From Marispirochaeta sp. (GTDB taxonomy: Bacteria > Spirochaetota > Spirochaetia > JC444 > Marispirochaetaceae), in the NCBI GenBank assembly GCA_963676835.2, contig CAXXFF010000001.1:448001-512000 (forward strand): 64,000 nt of DNA, read 5' to 3'. Positions 8,816 to 18,018 of the stretch are shown one piece after another; the stretch's first letter is position 1; each line of letters begins with the position of its first letter. Position numbers and translations under genes: made by a program. The notes below the pieces were generated by a model. The model was not told where the DNA came from, ran no database searches, and worked only from the letters and a program-made list of their open reading frames with translations.

Positions 8816-11191
8816 TTATGCACCGTACAGGGCTTCTTCCATTTCCTGAAGCGCCTCATGATACCGTTCTATTGAACCGAAGTGTTTAATTATCTCCATA
8901 GGAGTTCCGAACTCCGGAAAAGGAGCAATAGTTAAAATCTGAGGTTCTTCAATGGGTTCAATACCCTCATCTGCGTATTTATCCAGCAAAGCAAATAAAA
9001 CAGCTTTGGCCTGCTCCCCGTATCGGGTGAAGTAATCCCGCTTTTTAACATTCTCCGCCCGCTCTTTCCGGGTAAGCGGAGGCTGGTCCCAGGCAACATG
9101 ACAGATAAGATCAAAGGCATCAAAGTCTTTGCCTATTTCCTCTTTTAGAGCGTCCAGAAATACACCCTGCTCTTCCAGTTCGGTAATAACCGCTTTCTTC
9201 CGTTCAGCACCCTTCCATTTGGAAAGGAAATCATCCAGGCTGGTGTATTCCTTGGTAATAGACTTCCTGGTGTAATCCTTCAGGGATTCGGTGATAAGCT
9301 TACCTTCAGCATCAAAATACTGTACCCGCTCTGCCACTACCGTAACAGGAACATCTTTTACATAGAACTTCTTCACACCGCCAGGATTATCATTCCCGCC
9401 GTCGCCGTCATGGTCCCAGTCGTCATTCCCATCATTAGAAGGTCCAGTCTCCCCTGCTATTCCATCTCCCGGTATCTCTTCATCGGGGTCATCCGGAATC
9501 ACAGGGCCGTCCGGATTCGGCTTGTATATTGAAACAGGATCACCGTCAAAATCAGGATCCGCGAAAAGCTCGGTCGCCTTCTTGAAATCCATAATGGTAA
9601 AGAAGAACTTACCGTAATCCTCGTTGATTCTGGTACCCCGCCCAATTATCTGCTTAAACTCCGTCATGGACTGTATACGCTGGTCCAGCACAATAAGTTT
9701 ACAGGTTTGGGCATCGACACCAGTGCTCATAAGCTTGGAAGTGGTGGCAATAACCGGATAGCGGGACTCGGGAAAGATGAAGTTATCAAGCTCCACCTTA
9801 CCCTCTTCATTATCACCGGTAATGCGCATGACATACTTGGAGTTTTCCCTGACCAGATCAGGGTTCTCATTCACTATGGCCTGACGCATTCTTTCAGCAT
9901 GATCGATGTTATCGCAGAAGATAATAGTCTTGCTGAACCGGTCGGTCTGGGTAAGGAACTCGGTTACTTTCTTTGCGACAAGCACCGTGCGTTCCTCAAG
10001 AACCAGGGTTCTGTCAAAATCCTTCTGATTGTAGATCCGGTCCTCAATCTCGTTCCCGTATTTGTCGGTCATTCCCTTCTCAGGGCGCCATCCTTCCAGG
10101 TCCTTATCAAGATCAATACGTATTACCTTGTAAGGAGCCAGAAATCCATCATTTATCCCGTCACGCAGAGAATAGGTGTAAATCGGGTCCCCGAAGTAAT
10201 CGATGTTGGAAACATCCTTGGTTTCTTTGGGGGTAGCCGTTAAACCAATCTGAGTTGCGCTGGAAAAGTATTTCAGGATCTCTTTCCAGTTTGAATCCTC
10301 CGCTGCACTGCCCCGATGACATTCGTCAACGACAATCAGGTCAAAGAAGTCGGGGGAAAACTGTTTATATATATTCTTTTCCTCTTCCGTGCCGGTTACA
10401 GCCTGATAGAGGGAAAGGTAGATTTCATAGGATTTATTAATCTGGCGCTTCTTGATCTTGGTCATGGCAGCACCAAAGGGCTTGAAATCGTTGGTCATGG
10501 TCTGATCAACCAAAATATTTCGGTCTGCCAGAAAAAGGATGCGTTTCTTTGCCCTGGATTTCCATAAACGCCAGATAATCTGAAAAGCGGTGAAGGTTTT
10601 ACCGGTACCAGTAGCCATAACAAGCAGAATCCGGTCCTGCCCGTTGGCAATGGCTTCAATAGTCTTGTTGATTGCTAAAAACTGGTAGTACCTGGGCTTT
10701 TTGTCACTGCCGTCGCTGTAGTAGTCCTGGGTAATAATACCCTCTTTTCCATCATCATAGCCCTTATCCAGGCGGATCAGGGACCATAATTCTTCCGGAT
10801 TTGGGAACTCATCCATGGAGAGTTCCTTCTCAATAATTCCGTCAGCTGCAAGCTTGTTATGAAAGAGAAAACCATCACCATTGGAGCTGAAAACAAAGGG
10901 AACCTGCAGCATTTCGGCATAGCCAAGTCCTTGCTGCATACCGTCCCCGATGGAGTGCTTGTTATCCTTGGCTTCGATAATGGCAATGGGGATATTGGGT
11001 TTATAGAACAGGACATAATCGGCGCGTTTGCTCGTGCCCCTGGAATGAAGCTGACCGCGAACAATAATACGACCCTTTGTAAGAGGGTATTCTTCAAGAA
11101 CCTGGGTTTCTATGTCCCACCCGGCGGATACCAGAGCCGGATTAATGAACTTTGTGCAGATATCCCGTTCTGATAACTTTGATTTATCCAT
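8816..11191 (-). CDS. hsdR: Type I restriction endonuclease subunit R (EcoAI/EcoEI-like)
   Basis: ADYVL...IIEAK nuclease motif, [20 protein letters not shown]; EcoEI-like C-terminus. Confidence 0.95.
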   Translation of the reverse strand: MDKSKLSERDICTKFINPALVSAGWDIETQVLEEYPLTKGRIIVRGQLHSRGTSKRADYVLFYKPNIPIAIIEAKDNKHSIGDGMQQGLGYAEMLQVPFVFSSNGDGFLFHNKLAADGIIEKELSMDEFPNPEELWSLIRLDKGYDDGKEGIITQDYYSDGSDKKPRYYQFLAINKTIEAIANGQDRILLVMATGTGKTFTAFQIIWRLWKSRAKKRILFLADRNILVDQTMTNDFKPFGAAMTKIKKRQINKSYEIYLSLYQAVTGTEEEKNIYKQFSPDFFDLIVVDECHRGSAAEDSNWKEILKYFSSATQIGLTATPKETKDVSNIDYFGDPIYTYSLRDGINDGFLAPYKVIRIDLDKDLEGWRPEKGMTDKYGNEIEDRIYNQKDFDRTLVLEERTVLVAKKVTEFLTQTDRFSKTIIFCDNIDHAERMRQAIVNENPDLVRENSKYVMRITGDNEEGKVELDNFIFPESRYPVIATTSKLMSTGVDAQTCKLIVLDQRIQSMTEFKQIIGRGTRINEDYGKFFFTIMDFKKATELFADPDFDGDPVSIYKPNPDGPVIPDDPDEEIPGDGIAGETGPSNDGNDDWDHDGDGGNDNPGGVKKFYVKDVPVTVVAERVQYFDAEGKLITESLKDYTRKSITKEYTSLDDFLSKWKGAERKKAVITELEEQGVFLDALKEEIGKDFDAFDLICHVAWDQPPLTRKERAENVKKRDYFTRYGEQAKAVLFALLDKYADEGIEPIEEPQILTIAPFPEFGTPMEIIKHFGSIERYHEALQEMEEALYGA

Positions 11192-11367
11192 ATTTTGCCA
11201 GGAACTCCGGTTACTTGTGATGCGTTCATGTCAGTATACGGGAGGGGATAAAGGTTGGCAAGGAAAGAAAATGAGGTGGTTACCCCTATGCGATTTGATC
11301 AAAAGTGTATTTTGTTATAGAAAAGAATTGTTAAACAGAATGCAAATATAGTTTAAGAAGTAAATCT

Positions 11368-11643
11368 CTAGCTCTTATATAGGTCAGAATGAGTACCTAC
11401 CCTTTTTAACAAGATAAGATCATCTCTTTTCTCATAGACAATTACAATATCACCTTGAGCATGGCAATCCCAAATTTCTTTTGCATACCCTTTTAGTGGC
11501 TTGTTGATAAAATTATCTGGAAATGGAGGCCCCTTCCTTAATAAACCTACTGCCTCTTCAATATCTCGGATCCTGTTTTTATGTGATGCAAATTTTTTGA
11601 GATCAGCTTTAAATGTTCTTTGAGCCTTAACTTGCGGCATCAA
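11368..11643 (-). CDS. yafQ: YafQ-family (RelE superfamily) mRNA interferase toxin
   Basis: FKADLKK, PLKG...DCH..GD.VIVY...L.RVGTHSDL motif; 91 aa. Confidence 0.85.
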   Translation of the reverse strand: MMPQVKAQRTFKADLKKFASHKNRIRDIEEAVGLLRKGPPFPDNFINKPLKGYAKEIWDCHAQGDIVIVYEKRDDLILLKRVGTHSDLYKS

Positions 11644-12410
11644 TCAGAGCAAACTGCTGCGAATAGTTCGTCGATAGAATCGTATTCATCATCTAAATCA
11701 TCTGATTCTATTGCTGCATTAGTCTCATCGGTGGGAACTGCCTTTACCAACTTTTCAATTTTTCTGAATTCCACATCTCCAAGAATATCATGAATATAAT
11801 GTACCTCTGCTTCGTTGACTCCATTACAAGCCCACCTATTGATGAAATCAACCAACATTACTGAGGGGAAATCAAATTTTATTGCTTTCATATCATCATA
11901 TCCAACATTCTTTTTTCTTGGCCCCATTTTCAAATCTATAGTTCTATTAGCTAGGAACGAGAGATTTATCCTCATATCTTTAATAAACCTATACTCTGTA
12001 CTCCCTAAATGAGCACTAGAAGCAGATGATAAAAATGAGAGAGGTTCTTTATGCAAGTTTGAGGGGTGATGAAACCATTCATCGTATAAATCAAACTGAA
12101 TATCCACGAGACCAAACTGGACAATACTAAACATACCTATATGATAGTGACTACTGACAAATAAATCCTTTTCGTATGCTTCCATACCTTCACGAAGTAT
12201 AGTTTGGAATTCGTCATATTTCCCTTCACTAAAAAAAAGCAAACCTAGAGCAACATATTCTTTGGGATTTAAAATCTGTCTGCTTTTTATCTCAAGAAGC
12301 TTATGTATATACCGCTTTAAACTAAATTCATCCAGTTCAGTTTTGCCAGTATACTTGAGAACCTGCAATATTTCATCTGCTATTTCCACTGGTGAAGGCT
12401 GAAATGACAT
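11640..12410 (-). CDS. Hypothetical 256-aa protein, putative extended antitoxin with DinJ/RelB-like acidic C-terminal tail
   Basis: ATGA-coupled to yafQ; C-terminus PTDETNAAIE...YDSIDELFAAV; RBS AAGGAG. Confidence 0.7.
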   Translation of the reverse strand: MSFQPSPVEIADEILQVLKYTGKTELDEFSLKRYIHKLLEIKSRQILNPKEYVALGLLFFSEGKYDEFQTILREGMEAYEKDLFVSSHYHIGMFSIVQFGLVDIQFDLYDEWFHHPSNLHKEPLSFLSSASSAHLGSTEYRFIKDMRINLSFLANRTIDLKMGPRKKNVGYDDMKAIKFDFPSVMLVDFINRWACNGVNEAEVHYIHDILGDVEFRKIEKLVKAVPTDETNAAIESDDLDDEYDSIDELFAAVCSD

Positions 12411-12606
12411 GACCTTTGCTCCTTAAAGTCCTTTACCAACATCGTCTAACTTCAAATTTAATATTATAGTACACCATATTCCAATAATATGATGTTCTTT
12501 TTTTATTACAATCAGGATGTGCATCCATTTATTTCAGACTAATTCTCTGCCATGAGATCCTATCTTATTATCGTCATCTTGCCTACCAGATTATAGACTC
12601 CGAATT

Positions 12607-12789
12607 TGTAGGAAGAAATATGCAAGAAAAACCCCTTATCCTCCCCTTAACGGGCTTTATCTTCCATGACAAAAGCATAGACACCAAATAGCTAAAGTGT
12701 TAATATAGATAAAGATAGATTGCATGTGGCAAGAGTGAAAAGCCCACTCGTAAAGCGTAGGTCGTGAGTTCAAATCTCACTTCTGGCTG
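12607..12789 (+). repeat. att junction copy 1: ~140-bp arm plus 42-bp tRNA 3' fragment
   Basis: Homologous along its length to 13962-14140; 12747-12788 is identical to tRNA 1369-1410. Confidence 0.9.
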
Positions 12790-12868
12790 TATAATTAATC
12801 CATGCAATAATTTGAACCATACCAATTAAGCCAGTTCTTCAATCGTGTTCTGTTGCCCAATAGTTATC

Positions 12869-12910
12869 TTGAAAAGACCCTCTGACGGCTATATACTTTG
12901 AATATATAGC
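12869..12910 (+). promoter_or_regulatory. vapBC promoter with palindromic operator
   Basis: TTGAAA-17 nt-TATACT; inverted repeat GCTATATA-N7-TATATAGC overlaps the -10. Confidence 0.75.
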
Positions 12911-12926
12911 ACAAACGGAGGCTTCT

Positions 12927-13163
12927 ATGAATATAGGCTCAGTTTTTGAAAACAACCGCACACAAGCCGTCCGCCTGCCTGCAGACACCAGGTTTCCAAA
13001 GGAAATTAAAAAGGTCTCAGTTCGTGTTGTAGGCTTGTCCCGCATCATAGAACCCCTTGAGAACAGCTGGGACAGCTTCTTTAACACCGTAGATGAGGGT
13101 GTAAGCGAAGATTTCATGACCGAACGGGCATCACAGGTTCAGGCGGAACGGGAACAGTTTTAA
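12927..13163 (+). CDS. vapB: VapB (AbrB/SpoVT-type) antitoxin
   Basis: [14 protein letters not shown]...WDSFF...[11 protein letters not shown], close to enterobacterial VapB/MvpA. Confidence 0.93.
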   Translation: MNIGSVFENNRTQAVRLPADTRFPKEIKKVSVRVVGLSRIIEPLENSWDSFFNTVDEGVSEDFMTERASQVQAEREQF

Positions 13164-13164
13164 C

Positions 13165-13569
13165 ATGCTGAAATTCATGCTCGATACCAACATTGTTATC
13201 TATGTAATAAAACAACGGCCCAAAGAGTTACTTGAAACTTTTAATACATACACTGGATATATGTGTGTCAGTTCCATAACTCTGGCGTAATTGATTCACG
13301 GCGTTGAAAAAAGTGCTTATCCGGAAAAAAACCGGAGAAATGTAGAAGACTTTATCTCCCGCCTTGAAGTGTTAGCCTATGACGAAGCAGCTGCCGGCCA
13401 TTATGGTGAAATACGGGCTAACCTTGAGAGTAAAGGAACTCCTGTTGGGGTAAATGACCTGCATATTGCGGGGCACGCCAGGAGTCAGGGATTAATTCTT
13501 GTCACTAACAATATAAAAGAGTTTGAACGCGTCGAAGGCCTGCGTGTAATCGACTGGACTGATCGCTGA
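13165..13569 (+). pseudogene. vapC: VapC PIN-domain toxin with in-frame nonsense codon
   Basis: ATG at 13165 gives MLKFMLDTNIVIY...SSITLA, then TAA at 13288-13290, then the same frame continues LIHGVEKS...GVNDLHIAGHARS...VTNN. Confidence 0.88.
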
Positions 13570-13683
13570 TTTCGTAAAAAACAAGTTAAAAGATTAGTCG
13601 CCGATTTTCACTGGCATATTGCTGTAGATTTAGTGAAGAATATGCGTGAATTGAACAGAGTAAAAAGAGAATGCGATATTCAC

Positions 13684-13863
13684 TTACTGCCGGGTAAGTT
13701 TATCTTTGGGAAAATCATTAGTGATCTTATAAACTTTTCCACCATACGTAAAAGTGTTGTTCCCGTGTCTTACGTCCGGACTATTAATTGCCTTTGATGC
13801 ATCGCTTTCACGGTCAGCCATGGCATTACGTACAGGCTCAGCCATCGGTGCTTTCATAGACAT
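13684..13863 (-). CDS. Small hypothetical protein (59 aa, below ORF-track cutoff)
   Basis: AGGGAG RBS, then MSMKAPMAEPVRNAMADRESDASKAINSPDVRHGNNTFTYGGKVYKITNDFPKDKLTRQ*. Confidence 0.55.
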   Translation of the reverse strand: MSMKAPMAEPVRNAMADRESDASKAINSPDVRHGNNTFTYGGKVYKITNDFPKDKLTRQ

Positions 13864-13961
13864 ACTCCCTTATTAGATACTTCAATTTATACCATTAAAC
13901 AGTAAACTTCGCAAGTTCAGGCTATAATTGTGTATTATACATCAATAATACTCATATAAAC

Positions 13962-14140
13962 TGTAAGAAGAAATATGCAAGCCCCCCCCCTTACTCTCCC
14001 CTAAACCGGCTTTTTCTGCCACAAAACCTATACAGCAAATTGCTAAAGTGTTACTAGAGAAAAAGATAGGGTGCATTTAATAAGAGTGAAAAGCCCTCTC
14101 GTAAACCCCAGGTCGTGAGTTCAAATCTTACTTCTGGCTG
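13962..14140 (+). repeat. att junction copy 2: arm plus degenerate tRNA 3' fragment
   Basis: 14096-14139 matches tRNA 1367-1410 with 4 mismatches; upstream arm homologous to 12607-12746. Confidence 0.88.
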
Positions 14141-14461
14141 AAAATTGTTCTTTAAATTCTCTCCATGGTTATATGAAATGTCAGTTCCAAGGCCCATCAG
14201 ATTCCACGGATATACTGGAAATGTCTAAAAAGTAGATTTATAACTGCCGCAGTGCTAAAATAGTGTGATATAAGGGACCTCAAAAGTATGGCATTTTCAC
14301 CAGCTTTGATGATGACTTCATGGCGTAGGCGAACTAATATGAATACAGAAGGTGCAAGACTGCAGGTAACCATAACGCCCCGGAATTTAGAGAACTGAGT
14401 AATTTATCGAGCAGACCTATTTTGCTTCAGAGCCCGAAAGTGCTTGTACACAGGAGTAAAA

Positions 14462-15547
14462 ATGAGATTTTGCCCAAAACAAAAACAAACCCGGCTAACA
14501 GTTATCGGGTTCCTCCTCGTATTAACAATTTGTCAATGTTTAACAGGCTGTGAGTCCGGTGGTTCTGTCGGGGCAACAACAGCAAACATGCTGGGTTCTT
14601 CGGAAATCCTTTTTGTCTCCAATCGGGACACGGGAACAAGCAGGGCGGAAATTTACGGCATGGACAAGAACGGCGGAAACATCATTAGAATTACCAGTTC
14701 GGAATATCACCATTTCATTATGGGCGTCGATTCAACACGAAGGTTTCTTCTCTGTTCCCGTGCTGAAGCGGACACGAATTCCAACGGCGAGCTTGATGAT
14801 GGTGATCGCCGCTCTTTATGGGTAATCGATCTTGTGACGGAAGATGAGACCAGGTTGACAGATCCTGCAAATGAGGCAGAAGGAGACAGCTTTTCGCCGG
14901 ACGGTACCTGGGTCGTATTTTTTATGAAGATTTCCGGAAGTCCGAACAGCGATATCTATAAGATAAAGCGCGATGGAACGGAACTTACAAAACTGACTGA
15001 TACTTCTGCAGCAGTTGAATTTGATCCCTGCTGGTCCCATGACGGCGCCACAATAGTATTTACCTACATTGATGAAGCAACTCCTCGCCTGGTTCTCAAA
15101 ACCATGGATCCTGACGGAACCAATATTCAGACTATATATGACGGAGGTGCAGGAATCTCAATTCCCGGAGCTTTCGTGGATGGCAACTATGACCCTTCCT
15201 GGAGTTTTGACGATCAATGGATCGTCTTTGAACGGGCCGTTGAATATACAGTCGGGGATCCTGAAAATTTCGGCAGCGGAATCTGGCATGTCTTCAAGGT
15301 CCGTCCCGACGGCACCGGCATAAGCGACTTAAGCAGCGCAGGCGGACATGATGACCGGGCGGAGTTTTTACCCTCGTTTTCTCCTGACAATCAGCAGATA
15401 GTTTATGGATCGGTGTACCAGGCCGACCCCCTGGAAAACAGCCATAATGATATTTTTACCATGAATGCAGATGGAAGCAGTCCCATGCGTTTGACATCAG
15501 ACCCTGCCAATGATATGTATCCGATCTGGATCCCCGCTGAAGATTAA
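14462..15547 (+). CDS. TolB-like/PD40 beta-propeller lipoprotein
   Basis: Lipobox-like CLTGC; repeated FSPDG, P.WS.DG and P.FSPDN blades; ATG at 14462 with AGGAG RBS. Confidence 0.82.
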   Translation: MRFCPKQKQTRLTVIGFLLVLTICQCLTGCESGGSVGATTANMLGSSEILFVSNRDTGTSRAEIYGMDKNGGNIIRITSSEYHHFIMGVDSTRRFLLCSRAEADTNSNGELDDGDRRSLWVIDLVTEDETRLTDPANEAEGDSFSPDGTWVVFFMKISGSPNSDIYKIKRDGTELTKLTDTSAAVEFDPCWSHDGATIVFTYIDEATPRLVLKTMDPDGTNIQTIYDGGAGISIPGAFVDGNYDPSWSFDDQWIVFERAVEYTVGDPENFGSGIWHVFKVRPDGTGISDLSSAGGHDDRAEFLPSFSPDNQQIVYGSVYQADPLENSHNDIFTMNADGSSPMRLTSDPANDMYPIWIPAED

Positions 15548-15638
15548 CAGACAGTAGTATACCTGATATCAAACCGTCACCCATTGTCAGATGTTCCGTC
15601 CATAGAGTCAGGTAAACTCCCTATCTCAATTCTCAACA

Positions 15639-15667
15639 TTGACAATTATCGCAATTTGCTATATATT
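15639..15667 (+). promoter_or_regulatory. sigma70 promoter of higBA
   Basis: TTGACA-17 nt-TATATT. Confidence 0.7.
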
Positions 15668-15703
15668 TTTTCTATTAACATTGTTCTATCAGGATTTGTA
15701 AAA

Positions 15704-16030
15704 GTGCATGTAGTTGCCGAAAGTACGCTGAGGGAGTTTGGAAAAGCTCATCCGGATGCTGTTGATTCTCTCCATAGCTGGTATTCGGCTATGGATAACA
15801 ACAATTTCAGAAGCTTTGCGGAACTTAAGCAGGTGTTCCCATCGGCGGACAAAGATAAAGACGGATTTGTATTTACCTATTTCGACATAAAAGGGAATAC
15901 ATATCGAATAAGCGCAATAATCAGATATAATAAGGGGCGCGTGTTCATACACGATGTATGTACCCACGCTGAATACAGTAAGACCTGGGCAAATCTGAAA
16001 TGGAAAACCAGGAACTTCCGAAGGGCATAA
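15704..16030 (+). CDS. higB: HigB-family toxin
   Basis: GTG start downstream of promoter; LREF...HPDA...W...ELKQVFPSAD...FDIKGNTYR...THAEY. Confidence 0.88.
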   Translation: MHVVAESTLREFGKAHPDAVDSLHSWYSAMDNNNFRSFAELKQVFPSADKDKDGFVFTYFDIKGNTYRISAIIRYNKGRVFIHDVCTHAEYSKTWANLKWKTRNFRRA

Positions 16031-16032
16031 TC

Positions 16033-16464
16033 ATGAGTAATCAAACGGCCAAAATCCCCTCTTTAGGGAACATCCCCACTGCTTTTATGAAAAAGTTAAG
16101 CTCCCTGATATTCATACCTGAAACACGGGAGGAGTATGATCTACTGTCACAACGGGCAGCACAATGGGATCTTGAGATCAACGAGGATGCCGAGCATCCA
16201 CTGTATGCTCTCAATGAGATATTGGTTGGTATTCTTAGACTGTCAAAAGACCGATTTCTGCCTTTTGAAGGAGAAAAACAAACGCCGGAGAAAGTCCTTC
16301 AGTTTCTTATGGATCAACATGGGTTAAAGCAGGGGGATCTTAAAGAAATTATGCCCCAGAGCGTAGTATCCGAGATATTTCATGGAAAACGTAAACTAAA
16401 CAGAGGTCAAATTGAAAAACTGGCCAAAAAATTCGAAATATCGCCGGCAACTTTTTTCCAGTAA
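16033..16464 (+). CDS. higA: HigA antitoxin (C-terminal HTH)
   Basis: LQFLMDQHGLKQGDL...QSVVSEIFHGKRKLN...LAKKF; toxin-first order; alternative start 16000. Confidence 0.88.
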   Translation: MSNQTAKIPSLGNIPTAFMKKLSSLIFIPETREEYDLLSQRAAQWDLEINEDAEHPLYALNEILVGILRLSKDRFLPFEGEKQTPEKVLQFLMDQHGLKQGDLKEIMPQSVVSEIFHGKRKLNRGQIEKLAKKFEISPATFFQ

Positions 16465-16602
16465 ATTTTTGTGAATTATTGGACTACTTTCTGATGTCCA
16501 CTTTTGTATATGGAAAAACCATACACCTCCCCCATAGCCCAATACCCCCCGTTACGGTATCATCCCGGTATACCATCACTGTATATCACCATAGGGAAAT
16601 AC

Positions 16603-18009
16603 ATGGCACAGGGCATTCAACAGTCTGATACATTTATAAAATCCGTTGCAGGCCATATTTGCAGGGCGTTTCTGGTAATTACTGCAATTCTCTACACGGC
16701 AGATTCGCTTGTTCCAGCAGATTTATCGCTTATAACCGGTATACTCGGCCTGCTTATTTTCTTTTCCGCCCTGCCCCTGGTAAAGGCAACCTTTGCCCGG
16801 CCTGCTTTTATATTTATTTCACTCTCCCTGCTTACCCTCTTCCACTACCATGTAGAATGGATGGCAATTATAGACGGCATAAACTCCATGCTGGGTATCT
16901 TTTCCATCGTTACTGTATTGCAGCTGTTTATAATACCTATACGGGCCGGGGGATACGACCGGGCCCTGGAGACCTACCTCAAAGGACGGTTTACCACTGA
17001 ATCCAGACTGTATATGTTTATCAGTCTGATAGGTCATATACTGGGAAGCTTTATGCTTTTCGGTACTGTCCCCATGCTCTATGCTCTTTTTGGAAGGCCT
17101 CTTAAGGATATGGTACACCAGCCGGAGCGCTTTGCAGTTACCGCCATCGGGCGGGGTTTTTCCCTGGTAACCCTCTGGGCACCAGGGGCGGTAAGTGTAA
17201 TGCTGGTAACATCCAGTACCGGAGCCTCCTGGGTTTCCATTCTTCCGGGAGTGGTGGTCCTTGCAATTATGGGTATGTTTACCTCTTTTCTCATTGAGAA
17301 TATCTATATCTTTAAAGGGGCAAAGCTACCGGACTCTCAACCCGTAAACAGTATCGAAGCCTCCCGGGACAGGTGGAAAATAGTCACCCTTTTTGTTATT
17401 GCCGGAATACTGATGTCAGGGATACTCCTGCTTGATCTTAACAAACTCTTTACCGGATCGGTAAGGGTAATTGTTACAGGAACAGTAACCCTTTCGATAT
17501 GGACCCTCTTCCACAGAAAAAGCGGAACCATCGGCAAGCATCTCGGAGAGTACTGGAATGTCTCTTTGGGAGTTCAGCCCGATCTTTCCGTACTTTTCCT
17601 TGCCATGGGCATTTTTACTGCTGTTATTCAGGCCTCACCGGTTATGCTGATTATTCAGTCCGGAATAATCAAAGGCACAACAGTTATCGGGCCTTTAAGC
17701 TTTCTACTGATTGCCCCGGGAATCGTTCTGCTTTCTCTTACCGGGATTCATCCATTGATCGGTGTAGGATTTACCGGGACTATCCTTGCGGCGGCACTGC
17801 CTGATCAGACCACAATCATTGCCCTGGCCCTGCTTTTAGGAACAGCTGTCTCCTACTCCTTTTCACCATTTGCGGGAAACCTTATTACCCTGGCACGTTT
17901 TGCCGGCTGTTCTCCGGCTAAGGCGGCATTCTCCTGGAACGGAGTGTTTTCCCTGATTTTTCTGCTGGAAGGATTTCTGGTTATTTCTGCTGCGGCGTTT
18001 CTCTTTTAA
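16603..18009 (+). CDS. Polytopic membrane protein, probable transporter
   Basis: About 12 hydrophobic segments; ATG 16603 preferred over TTG 16504. Confidence 0.7.
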   Translation: MAQGIQQSDTFIKSVAGHICRAFLVITAILYTADSLVPADLSLITGILGLLIFFSALPLVKATFARPAFIFISLSLLTLFHYHVEWMAIIDGINSMLGIFSIVTVLQLFIIPIRAGGYDRALETYLKGRFTTESRLYMFISLIGHILGSFMLFGTVPMLYALFGRPLKDMVHQPERFAVTAIGRGFSLVTLWAPGAVSVMLVTSSTGASWVSILPGVVVLAIMGMFTSFLIENIYIFKGAKLPDSQPVNSIEASRDRWKIVTLFVIAGILMSGILLLDLNKLFTGSVRVIVTGTVTLSIWTLFHRKSGTIGKHLGEYWNVSLGVQPDLSVLFLAMGIFTAVIQASPVMLIIQSGIIKGTTVIGPLSFLLIAPGIVLLSLTGIHPLIGVGFTGTILAAALPDQTTIIALALLLGTAVSYSFSPFAGNLITLARFAGCSPAKAAFSWNGVFSLIFLLEGFLVISAAAFLF

Positions 18010-18018
18010 CGGAACAGG

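Larger units (their letters stand above)
1369..12788. mobile_element. tRNA-Thr-integrated defence island (~11.4 kb), no integrase visible
   Basis: Bounded by a 42-bp perfect direct repeat of the tRNA 3' half (1369-1410 and 12747-12788); mostly AT-rich cargo of McrBC, type I R-M and a TA pair. Confidence 0.85.
12747..14139. mobile_element. Second, small (~1.35 kb) tRNA-integrated element or remnant carrying vapBC
   Basis: Lies between two tRNA 3'-fragment repeats and ends in the same arm as the first element. Confidence 0.7.

Noticed and set aside
12747..12788. Possible extra tRNA genes here and at 14096-14139
   Set aside because: Only the 3' half is present, with no 5' acceptor strand or D arm; treated as att duplications.
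13291..13569. 92-aa TTG-start ORF as a functional VapC
   Set aside because: It is the post-stop half of vapC and lacks the N-terminal catalytic Asp7 and Glu42.
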